Shown here: one piece after another, positions 1 to 11,000 of the stretch
Layout: every line of letters begins with the position of its first letter
Numbering within the stretch: position 1 is the stretch's first letter
NCBI GenBank assembly: GCA_964016885.1
Contig: OZ024742.1
Coordinates: 165,230,001-165,294,000, forward strand
DNA from: Eledone cirrhosa
Lineage: Eukaryota
Direction: 5' to 3'
DNA length: 64,000 nt
Notes under the pieces: model-generated
What the model was told of the DNA's origin: nothing
Seen by the model: only the letters and a program-made list of their open reading frames with translations
Database searches by the model: none
Made by a program: the position numbers and the translations under genes

Positions 1-711
1 GGAAAATATGTCTCCTTGGACGGCTGGAAATTATCTCCCCTTGGACGGCTGGAAATTATCTCCCCTTGGACGGCTAGATATTACCTCCCCTTGGACGGCT
101 GGAAATTATCTCCCCTTGATTTTTTTTACAAATTATCTCCCCCTGATTTTTTTTTACAAATTATCTCCCCCTGATTTTTTTTACAAATTATCTCCCCCTG
201 ATTTTTTTACAAATTATCTCCCCCCGATTTTTTTTACAAATTATATCCGCCTAATTTTTTTAAATATTATCTTCCCTTGGCTGGCGGGAAATTATCTCCC
301 CTTGGACGGCTGAAAATTATCTCCCCTTGGACGGCTGGAAATTATCTCCCCTTGATTTTTTTACAAATTATCTCCCCCTGATTTTTTTTACAAATTATCT
401 CCCCCTGATATTTTTTACAAATTATCTCCCCCTGATTTTTTTACAAATTATCTCCCCTTGGCTGGCTGGAAATTATCTCCCCTTGGAGGCTGGAATTTAT
501 CTCCCCTTGGACGGCTAGAAATTACCTCCCCTTGGACGGCTGGAAATTATCTCCCCTTGGACGGCTAGATATTACCTCCCCTTGGACGGCTGGAAATTAT
601 CTCCCCTTGATTTTTTTTACAATTTATCTCCCCCTGATTTTTTTTTACAAATTATCTCCCCCTGATTTTTTTACAAATTATCTCCCCCTGATTTTTTTAC
701 AAATTATCTCC

Positions 712-940
712 CCTTGGCTGGCTGGAAATTATCTCCCCTTGGAGGCTGGAATTTATCTCCCCTTGGACGGCTAGAAATTACCTCTCCTTGGACGGCTGGA
801 AAATATGTCTCCTTGGACGGCTGGATATTATCTACCCTTGGACGGCTGGAAATTATCTCCCCTTGGACGGCTGGAAATTATCTCCCCTTGGACGGCTAGA
901 TATTACCTCCCCTTGGACGGCTGGAAATTATCTCCCCTTG
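712..940 (+). repeat. Representative long A-cassette (M1, ~9 A monomers in fixed order); recurs dozens of times with variants
   Basis: Ordered variants: GGCTGGCTGG, GGAGGCTGGAATTT (1-bp deletion), GGCTAGAAATTACCTCTCC, GGAAAATATGTCTCC, GGATATTATCTACCC, two consensus monomers, GGCTAGATATTACC, one consensus monomer. The identical 61-aa pseudo-ORF appears at 714, 2554, 3800, 5431, 10586, 11623, 13254, 16004, 25913, 27545, 30531, 36806, 52172, 53418 and 57824. Confidence 0.93.
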
Positions 941-979
941 ATTTTTTTACAAATTATCTCCCCCTGATTTTTTTTACAA

Positions 980-1095
980 ATTATCTCCGCCTAATTTTTT
1001 TAAATATTATCTTCCCTTGGCTGGCGGGAAATTATCTCCCCTTGGACGGCTGAAAATTATCTCCCCTTGGACGGCTGGAAATTATCTCCCCTTGA
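980..1095 (+). repeat. Representative short A-cassette (M2, 3 A monomers) with a diagnostic upstream B variant
   Basis: CTCCGCCT(A/G)A-T7-AAATATTATCTTCCCTTGGCTGGCGGG, then GGCTGAAAATT, then a consensus A. Recurs e.g. at ~245, 2850, 3530, 4100, 4800, 5710 and 7320. Confidence 0.9.
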
Positions 1096-1519
1096 TTTTT
1101 TTTACAAATTATCTCCCCCTGATTTTTTTTTACAAATTATCTCCCCCTGATTTTTTTTACAAATTATCTCCCCCTGATTTTTTTACAAATTATCTCCCCT
1201 TGGCTGGCTGGAAATTATCTCCCCTTGGAGGCTGGAATTTATCTCCCCTTGGTCGGCTAGAAATTACCTCTCCTTGGACGGCTGGAAAATATGTCCTTGG
1301 ACGGCTGGATATTATCTACCCTTGGACGGCTGGAAATAATCTCCCCTTGGACGGCTGGAAATTATCTCCCCTTGGACGGCTAGATATTACCTCCCCTTGG
1401 ACGGCTGGAAATTATCTCCCCTTGATTTTTTTTACAATTTATCTCCCCCTGATTTTTTTTTACAAATTATCTCCCCCTGATTTTTTTTTACGAATTATCT
1501 CCCCCTGATTTTTTTTTAC

Positions 1520-1690
1520 AAATTATCTCCGCCTGATTTTTTTTTAAAAATTATCTCCCCTTGAACGGCTGGAAATTATCTCCCCTTGGACGGCTGGAAA
1601 TTATCTCCCCTTGGACGGCTAGAAATTACCTCTCCTTGGACGGCTGAAAATTATCTCCCCTTGGACGGCTGGAAATTATCTCCCCTTGAT
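1520..1690 (+). repeat. Representative A-cassette M3 (5 A monomers, entered via TTGAACGGCTGG)
   Basis: CTCCGCCTGA-Tn-AAAAATTATCTCCCCTTGAACGGCTGG ... GGCTAGAAATTACCTCTCC ... GGCTGAAAATT ... GGCTG(G/C)AAATT, followed by B with TTTTAACAAA. Also at ~9590, 15300, 16340, 18510, 23670, 29590 and later positions. Confidence 0.88.
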
Positions 1691-1789
1691 TTTTTAACAA
1701 ATTATCTCCCCCTGATTTTTTTTTACAAATTATCTCCCCCTGATTTTTTTTTACAAATTATCTCCCCCTGATTTTTTTTACAAATTATC

Positions 1790-4280
1790 TCCCCCTGATT
1801 TTTTTTTACAAATTATTTCCCCCTGATTTTTTTACAAATTATCTCCCCCCTGATTTTTTTTACAATCTCCGCCTGATTTTTTTAAAAATTATCTTCCCTT
1901 GGCTGGCGGGAAATTATCTCCCCTTGGACGGCTGGAAATTATATCCCCTTGGAAGGATGGAAATTATCTCCCCTTGGACGGCTGGAAATTATCTCCCCTT
2001 GGACGGCTGGAAATTATCTCCCCTTGGACAGCTGGAAATTATCTGCCCTTGATTTTGTTTTTACAAATTATCTCCCCCTGATTTTTTTTACAAATTATCT
2101 CCACCTGATTTTTAAAAAAATTATCTCCCCTTGGACGGCTGGAAATTATCTCCCCTTGATTTTTTTACAAATTATCTCCCCTTGATTTTTTTTACAAATT
2201 ATCTCCCCCTGATTTTTTTTACAAATTATCTCCCCCTGATTTTTTTACAAATTATCTCCCCCTGATTTTTTTTACAAATTATCTCCGCCTGATTTTTTTA
2301 AATATTATCTTCCCTTAGCTGGCGGGAAATTATCTCCCCTTGGACGGCTGAAAATTATCTCCCCTTGGACGGCTGGAAATTATCTCCCCTTGATTTTTTT
2401 TACAAATTATCTCCCCCTGATTTTTTTTTACAAATTATCTCCCCCTGATTTTTTTTTACAAATTATCTCCCCCTGATTTTTTTTTACAAATTATCTCACC
2501 CTGATTTTTTTTACAAATTATCTCCCTCTGATTTTTTTACAAATTATCTCCCCTTGGCTGGCTGGAAATTATCTCCCCTTGGAGGCTGGAATTTATCTCC
2601 CCTTGGACGGCTAGAAATTACCTCTCCTTGGACGGCTGGAAAATATGTCTCCTTGGACGGCTGGATATTATCTACCCTTGGACGGCTGGAAATTATCTCC
2701 CCTTGGACGGCTGGAAATTATCTCCCCTTGGACGGCTAGATATTACCTCCCCTTGGACGGCTGGAAATTATCTCCCCTTGATTTTTTTACAAATTATCTC
2801 CCCCTGATTTTTTTACAAATTATCTCCCCCTGATTTTTTTTACAAATTATCTCCGCCTAATTTTTTTAAATATTATCTTCCCTTGGCTGGCGGGAAATTA
2901 TCTCCCCTTGGACGGCTGAAAATTATCTCCCCTTGGACGGCTGGAAATTATCTCCCCTTGATTTTTTTTACAAATTATCTCCCCCTGATTTTTTTTTACA
3001 AATTATCTCCCCCTGATTTTTTTTACAAATTATCTCCCCCTGATTTTTTTTTACAAATTATTTCCCCCTGATTTTTTTACAAATTATCTCCCCCCTGATT
3101 TTTTTTACAATCTCCGCCTGATTTTTTTAAAAATTATCTTCCCTTGGCTGGCGGGAAATTATCTCCCCTTGGACGGCTGGAAATTATATCCCCTTGGAAG
3201 GATGGAAATTATCTCCCCTTGGACGGCTGGAAATTATCTCCCCTTGGACGGCTGGAAATTATCTCCCCTTGGACAGCTGGAAATTATCTGCCCTTGATTT
3301 TGTTTTTACAAATTATCTCCCCCTGATTTTTTTTACAAATTATCTCCACCTGATTTTAAAAAAAATTATCTCCCCTTGGACGGCTGGAAATTATCTCCCC
3401 TTGATTTTTTTACAAATTATCTCCCCTTGATTTTTTTTACAAATTATCTCCCCCTGATTTTTTTTTACAAATTATCTCCCCCTGATTTTTTTACAAATTA
3501 TCTCCCCCTGATTTTTTTTACAAATTATCTCCGCCTGATTTTTTTAAATATTATCTTCCCTTGGCTGGCGGGAAATTATCTCCCCTTGGACGGCTGAAAA
3601 TTATCTCCCCTTGGACGGCTGGAAATTATCTCCCCTTGATTTTTTTTACAAATTATCTCCCCCTGATTTTTTTTTACAAATTATCTCCCCCTGATTTTTT
3701 TTTACAAATTATCTCCCCCTGATTTTTTTTTACAAATTATCTCACCCTGATTTTTTTTACAAATTATCTCCCTCTGATTTTTTTACAAATTATCTCCCCT
3801 TGGCTGGCTGGAAATTATCTCCCCTTGGAGGCTGGAATTTATCTCCCCTTGGACGGCTAGAAATTACCTCTCCTTGGACGGCTGGAAAATATGTCTCCTT
3901 GGACGGCTGGATATTATCTACCCTTGGACGGCTGGAAATTATCTCCCCTTGGACGGCTGGAAATTATCTCCCCTTGGACGGCTAGATATTACCTCCCTTT
4001 GGACGGCTGGAAATTATCTCCCCTTGATTTTTTTACAAATTATCTCCCCCTGATTTTTTTACAAATTATCTCCCCCTGATTTTTTTTACAAATTATCTCC
4101 GCCTAATTTTTTTAAATATTATCTTCCCTTGGCTGGCGGGAAATTATCTCCCCTTGGACGGCTGAAAATTATCTCCCCTTGGACGGCTGGAAATTATCTC
4201 CCCTTGATTTTTTTTACAAATTATCTCCCCCTGATTTTTTTTTACAAATTATCTCCCCCTGATTTTTTTTACAAATTATC
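1790..4280 (+). repeat. ~1,245-bp tandem duplication (2 copies) nested in the higher-order unit
   Basis: ORF-track offsets 1899->3144 (1245), 2554->3800 (1246) and 2883->4129 (1246). The same pair recurs at 9931/11176, 24011/25257 and 51516/52762. Confidence 0.88.
1860..2160 (+). repeat. Representative A-cassette M4 (ACAATCTCCGCC entry, GGAAGGATGG and GGACAGCTGG variants, trailing single A)
   Basis: 4-bp-deleted core ACAATCTCCGCC, then ATATCCCCTTGGAAGGATGG, GGACAGCTGGAAATTATCTGCCC, TTTTGTTTTT and CTCCACCTG. The matching pseudo-ORF 'MAGGKLSPLGRLEIISPWKDG' occurs at 1899, 3144, 9931, 11176, 15585, 24011, 25257, 29876, 34603, 36151, 40768, 42400, 44389, 51516, 52762 and 57169. Confidence 0.9.
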
Positions 4281-7200
4281 TCCCCCTGATTTTTTTACAA
4301 ATTATCTCCCCTTGGCTGGCTGGAAATTATCTCCCCTTGGAGGCTGGAATTTATCTCCCCTTGGACGGCTAGAAATTACCTCTCCTTGGACGGCTGGAAA
4401 ATATGTCCTTGGACGGCTGGATATTATCTACCCTTGGACGGCTGGAAATTATCTCCCCTTGGACGGCTGGAAATTATCTCCCCTTGGACGGCTAGATATT
4501 ACCTCCCCTTGGACGGCTGGAAATTATCTCCCCTTGAATTTTTTTACAAATTATCTCCCCCTGATTTTTTTTTACAAATTATCTCCCCCTGATTTTTTTT
4601 TACAAATTATCTACCCCTGATTTTTTTTTACAAATTATCTCCCCCTGATTTTTTTTACAAATTATCTCCCCCTGATTTTTTTTTACAAATTATCTCCCCC
4701 TGATTTTTTTTTACAAATTATCTATACCTGATTTTTTTTACAAATTATCTCCCCCTGATTTTTTTTACAAATTATCTCCCCCTGATTTTTTTTACAAATT
4801 ATCTCCGCCTAATTTTTTTAAATATTATCTTCCCTTGGCTGGCGGGAAATTATCTCCCCTTGGACGGCTGAAAATTATCTCTCCTTGGACGGCTGGAAAT
4901 TATCTCCCCTTGATTTTTTTTACAAATTATCTCCCCCTGATTATTTTTTACAAATTATCTCCCCCTGATTTTTTTTTACAAATTATCTCCCCCTGATTTT
5001 TTTTACAAATTATCTCCCCCTGATTTTTTTACAAATTATCTCCCCTTGGCTGGCTGGAAATTATCTCCCCTTGGAGGCTGGAATTTATCTCCCCTTGGAC
5101 GGTTAGAAATTACCTCTCCTTGGACGGCTGGAAAATATGTCTCCTTGGACGGCTGGAAATTATCGCCCCTTGGACGGCTGGAAATTATCTCCCCTTGGAC
5201 GGCTGGAAATTATCTCTCCTCGGACGGCTAGAAATTACCTCTCTTTGGACAGCTGAAAATTATCTCCCCATGGACGGCTGGAAATTATCTCCCCTTGATT
5301 TTTTTTACAAATTATCTCCCCCTGATTTTTTTTTACAAATTATCTCCCCCTGATTTTTTTTTACAAATTATCTCCCCCTGATTTTTTTTTACAAATTATC
5401 TCCCCCTGATTTTTTACAAATTATCTCCCCTTGGCTGGCTGGAAATTATCTCCCCTTGGAGGCTGGAATTTATCTCCCCTTGGACGGCTAGAAATTACCT
5501 CTCCTTGGACGGCTGGAAAATATGTCTCCTTGGACGGCTGGATATTATCTACCCTTGGACGGCTGGAAATTATCTCCCCTTGGACGGCTGGAAATTATCT
5601 CCCCTTGGACGGCTAGATATTACCTCCCCTTGGACGGCTGGAAATTATCTCCCCTTGATTTTTTTACAAATTATCTCCCCCTGATTTTTTTACAAATTAT
5701 CTCCCCCTGATTTTTTTTACAAATTATCTCCGCCTAATTTTTTTAAATATTATCTTCCCTTGGCTGGCGGGAAATTATCTCCCCTTGGACGGCTGAAAAT
5801 TATCTCCCCTTGGACGGCTGGAAATTATCTCCCCTTGATTTTTTTTACAAATTTTCTCCCCCTGATTTTTTTTTACAAATTATCTCCCCCTGATTTTTTT
5901 TTACAAATTATCTCCCCCTGATTTTTTTTTACAAATTATCTCCCCCTGATTTTTTTTACAAATTATCTCCCCCTGATTTTTTTTTACAAATTATCTCCCC
6001 CTGATTTTTTTACAAATTATCTCCCCTTGGCTGGCTGGAAATTATCTCCCCTTGGACACTGTAAATTATAGCCCCTTGGAGGGCTGGAAATTATCTTACC
6101 TTGGACGGCTGGAAATTATCTCTGCTTGATTTTTTTTACAAATTATCTCCCCCTGATTTTTTTTTACAAATTATCCCCCCCGATTTTTTTTACAAATTAT
6201 CTCCCCCTGATTTTTTTTACAAATTATCTCCCCTTGGACGGCTGGAAATTATCTCCCCTTGGACGGCTGGAAATTATCTCTCCTTGGACGGCTAGAAATT
6301 ACCTCTCCTTGGACGACTGAAAATTATCTCCCCTTGGACGGCTGCAAATTATCTCCCCTTGATTTCTTTTACAAATTATCTCCGCCTGATTTTTTTTTTT
6401 AAATTATCTCCCCTTGGACGGCTGGAAATTACCTCCCCTTGGACGGCTGGAAATTATCTCCCCTTGGACGGCTAGAAATTACCTCTCATTGGACGGCTGA
6501 AAATTATCTCCCCTTGGACGGCTGGAAATTATCTCCCCTTGATTTTTTTTACAAATTATCTCCCCCTGATTTTTTTTTTACAAATTATCTCCGCCTGATT
6601 TTTTTTAAAAATTATCTCTCCTTGGACGGCTGGATATTATCTCCCCTTTCATTTTTTTTACAAATTATCTCCCCCTGATTTTTTTTTACAAATTATCTCC
6701 CCCTGATTTTTTTTTACAAATTATCTACCCCTAATTTTTTTTTACAAATTATCTCCCCCTGATTTTTTTTACAAATTATCTCCCCCTGATTTTTTTTTTA
6801 CAAATTATCTCCCCCTGATTTTTTTACAAATTATCTCCCCCTGATTTTTTTTACAAATTATCTCCGCCTGATTTTTTTAAATATTATCTTCTCTTGGCTG
6901 GCGGGAAATTATCTCCCCTTGGACGGCTGAAAATTATCTCCCCTTGGACGGCTGGAAATTATCTCCCCTTGATTTTTTTTACAAATTATCTCCCCCTGAT
7001 TTTTTTTTACAAATTATCTCCCCCTGATTTTTTTTACAAATTATCTCCCCCTGATTTTTTTTTACAAATTATCTACCCCTGATTTTTTTTTACAAATTAT
7101 CTCCCCCTGATTTTTTTTACAAATTATCTCTCCCTGATTTTTTTTTACAAATTATCTCCCCCTGATTTTTTTTTACAAATTATCTACCCCTGATTTTTTT

Positions 7201-8031
7201 TTTACAAATTATCTCCCCCTGATTTTTTTTACAAATTATTTCCCCCTGATTTTTTTTACAAATTATCTCCCCCTGATTTTTTTACAAATTATCTCCCCCC
7301 GATTTTTTTTACAAATTATCTCCGCCTAATTTTTTTAAATATTATCTTCCCTTGGCTGGCGGGAAATTATCTCCCCTTGGACGGCTGAAAATTATCTCCC
7401 CTTGGACGGCTGGAAATTATCTCCCCTTGATTTTTTTACAAATTATCTCCCCCTGATTATTTTTTACAAATTATCTCCCCCTGATTTTTTTTTACAAATT
7501 ATCTCCCTCTGATTTTTTTTACAAATTATCTCCCCTTGGCTGGCTGGAAATTATCTCCCCTTGGAGGCTGGAATTTATCTCCCCTTGGACGGTTAGAAAT
7601 TACCTCTCCTTGGACTGCTGGAAAATATGTCTCCTTGGACGGCTGGAAATTATCTCCCCTGGGACGGCTGGAAATTATCTCCCCTTGGACGGCTGGAAAT
7701 TATCTCTCCTCGGACGACTAGAAATTACCTCTCCTTGGACAGCTGAAAATTATCTCCCCTTGGACGGCTGGAAATTATCTCCCCTTGATTTTTTTTACAA
7801 ATTATCTCCCTCTGATTTTTTTTTACAAATTATCTCCCCCTGATTTTATTTTACAAATTATCTCCCCCTGATTTTTTTTACAAATTATCTGCCCCTGATA
7901 TTTTTTACAAATTATCTCCCCCTGATTTTTTTACAAATTATCTCCCCTTGGCTGGCTGGAAATTATCTCCCCTTGGAGGCTGGAATTTATCTCCCCTTGG
8001 ACGGCTAGAAATTACCTCGCCTTGGACGGCT

Positions 8032-11000
8032 GGAAAATATGTCTCCTTGGACGGCTGGAAATTATCTCCCCTTGGACGGCTGGAAATTATCTCCCCTTGG
8101 ACGGCTAGATATTACCTCCCCTTGGACGGCTGGAAATTATCTCCCCTTGATTTTTTTTACAAATTATCTCCCCCTGATTTTTTTTTACAAATTATCTCCC
8201 CCTGATTTTTTTTACAAATTATCTCCCCCTGATTTTTTTACAAATTATCTCCCCCCGATTTTTTTTACAAATTATATCCGCCTAATTTTTTTAAATATTA
8301 TCTTCCCTTGGCTGGCGGGAAATTATCTCCCCTTGGACGGCTGAAAATTATCTCCCCTTGGACGGCTGGAAATTATCTCCCCTTGATTTTTTTACAAATT
8401 ATCTCCCCCTGATTTTTTTTACAAATTATCTCCCCCTGATATTTTTTACAAATTATCTCCCCCTGATTTTTTTACAAATTATCTCCCCTTGGCTGGCTGG
8501 AAATTATCTCCCCTTGGAGGCTGGAATTTATCTCCCCTTGGACGGCTAGAAATTACCTCCCCTTGGACGGCTGGAAATTATCTCCCCTTGGACGGCTAGA
8601 TATTACCTCCCCTTGGACGGCTGGAAATTATCTCCCCTTGATTTTTTTTACAATTTATCTCCCCCTGATTTTTTTTTACAAATTATCTCCCCCTGATTTT
8701 TTTTACAAATTATCTCCCCCTGATTTTTTTACAAATTATCTCCCCTTGGCTGGCTGGAAATTATCTCCCCTTGGAGGCTGGAATTTATCTCCCCTTGGAC
8801 GGCTAGAAATTACCTCTCCTTGGACGGCTGGAAAATATGTCTCCTTGGACGGCTGGATATTATCTACCCTTGGACGGCTGGAAATTATCTCCCCTTGGAC
8901 GGCTGGAAATTATCTCCCCTTGGACGGCTAGATATTACCTCCCCTTGGACGGCTGGAAATTATCTCCCCTTGATTTTTTTACAAATTATCTCCCCCTGAT
9001 TTTTTTTACAAATTATCTCCGCCTAATTTTTTTAAATATTATCTTCCCTTGGCTGGCGGGAAATTATCTCCCCTTGGACGGCTGAAAATTATCTCCCCTT
9101 GGACGGCTGGAAATTATCTGCCCTTGATTTTTTTTACAAATTATCTCCCCCTGATTTTTTTTTACAAATTATCTCCCCCTGATTTTTTTTACAAATTATC
9201 TCCCCCTGATTTTTTTACAAATTATCTCCCCTTGGCTGGCTGGAAATTATCTCCCCTTGGAGGCTGGAATTTATCTCCCCTTGGTCGGCTAGAAATTACC
9301 TCTCCTTGGACGGCTGGAAAATATGTCCTTGGACGGCTGGATATTATCTACCCTTGGACGGCTGGAAATAATCTCCCCTTGGACGGCTGGAAATTATCTC
9401 CCCTTGGACGGCTAGATATTACCTCCCCTTGGACGGCTGGAAATTATCTCCCCTTGATTTTTTTTACAATTTATCTCCCCCTGATTTTTTTTTACAAATT
9501 ATCTCCCCCTGATTTTTTTTTACGAATTATCTCCCCCTGATTTTTTTTTACAAATTATCTCCGCCTGATTTTTTTTTAAAAATTATCTCCCCTTGAACGG
9601 CTGGAAATTATCTCCCCTTGGACGGCTGGAAATTATCTCCCCTTGGACGGCTAGAAATTACCTCTCCTTGGACGGCTGAAAATTATCTCCCCTTGGACGG
9701 CTGGAAATTATCTCCCCTTGATTTTTTAACAAATTATCTCCCCCTGATTTTTTTTTACAAATTATCTCCCCCTGATTTTTTTTTACAAATTATCTCCCCC
9801 TGATTTTTTTTACAAATTATCTCCCCCTGATTTTTTTTTACAAATTATTTCCCCCTGATTTTTTTACAAATTATCTCCCCCCTGATTTTTTTTACAATCT
9901 CCGCCTGATTTTTTTAAAAATTATCTTCCCTTGGCTGGCGGGAAATTATCTCCCCTTGGACGGCTGGAAATTATATCCCCTTGGAAGGATGGAAATTATC
10001 TCCCCTTGGACGGCTGGAAATTATCTCCCCTTGGACGGCTGGAAATTATCTCCCCTTGGACAGCTGGAAATTATCTGCCCTTGATTTTGTTTTTACAAAT
10101 TATCTCCCCCTGATTTTTTTTACAAATTATCTCCACCTGATTTTTAAAAAAATTATCTCCCCTTGGACGGCTGGAAATTATCTCCCCTTGATTTTTTTAC
10201 AAATTATCTCCCCTTGATTTTTTTTACAAATTATCTCCCCCTGATTTTTTTTACAAATTATCTCCCCCTGATTTTTTTACAAATTATCTCCCCCTGATTT
10301 TTTTTACAAATTATCTCCGCCTGATTTTTTTAAATATTATCTTCCCTTAGCTGGCGGGAAATTATCTCCCCTTGGACGGCTGAAAATTATCTCCCCTTGG
10401 ACGGCTGGAAATTATCTCCCCTTGATTTTTTTTACAAATTATCTCCCCCTGATTTTTTTTTACAAATTATCTCCCCCTGATTTTTTTTTACAAATTATCT
10501 CCCCCTGATTTTTTTTTACAAATTATCTCACCCTGATTTTTTTTACAAATTATCTCCCTCTGATTTTTTTACAAATTATCTCCCCTTGGCTGGCTGGAAA
10601 TTATCTCCCCTTGGAGGCTGGAATTTATCTCCCCTTGGACGGCTAGAAATTACCTCTCCTTGGACGGCTGGAAAATATGTCTCCTTGGACGGCTGGATAT
10701 TATCTACCCTTGGACGGCTGGAAATTATCTCCCCTTGGACGGCTGGAAATTATCTCCCCTTGGACGGCTAGATATTACCTCCCCTTGGACGGCTGGAAAT
10801 TATCTCCCCTTGATTTTTTTACAAATTATCTCCCCCTGATTTTTTTACAAATTATCTCCCCCTGATTTTTTTTACAAATTATCTCCGCCTAATTTTTTTA
10901 AATATTATCTTCCCTTGGCTGGCGGGAAATTATCTCCCCTTGGACGGCTGAAAATTATCTCCCCTTGGACGGCTGGAAATTATCTCCCCTTGATTTTTTT

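Larger units (their letters stand above)
1..8031 (+). repeat. Shortened (~8.03 kb) higher-order repeat unit: a ~14-kb unit with an internal ~6.3-kb deletion
   Basis: 1..~5800 matches 8032..~13650 (offset 8031-8032, then 7823). ~5850..8031 matches ~19960..22138 (offset 14080-14108). Confidence 0.85.

Noticed and set aside
110-260. Rho-independent terminators or programmed frameshift sites at the T7-9 tracts
   Set aside because: There is no stable GC-rich hairpin before the T-runs (at most a 3-4 bp GGA/TCC stem) and no gene context.
280-305. NF-kB/Rel-like site in GGGAAATTATCTCCC
   Set aside because: It does not fit the GGGRNWYYCC spacing; only a half-site resemblance is present, so it is unsupported.
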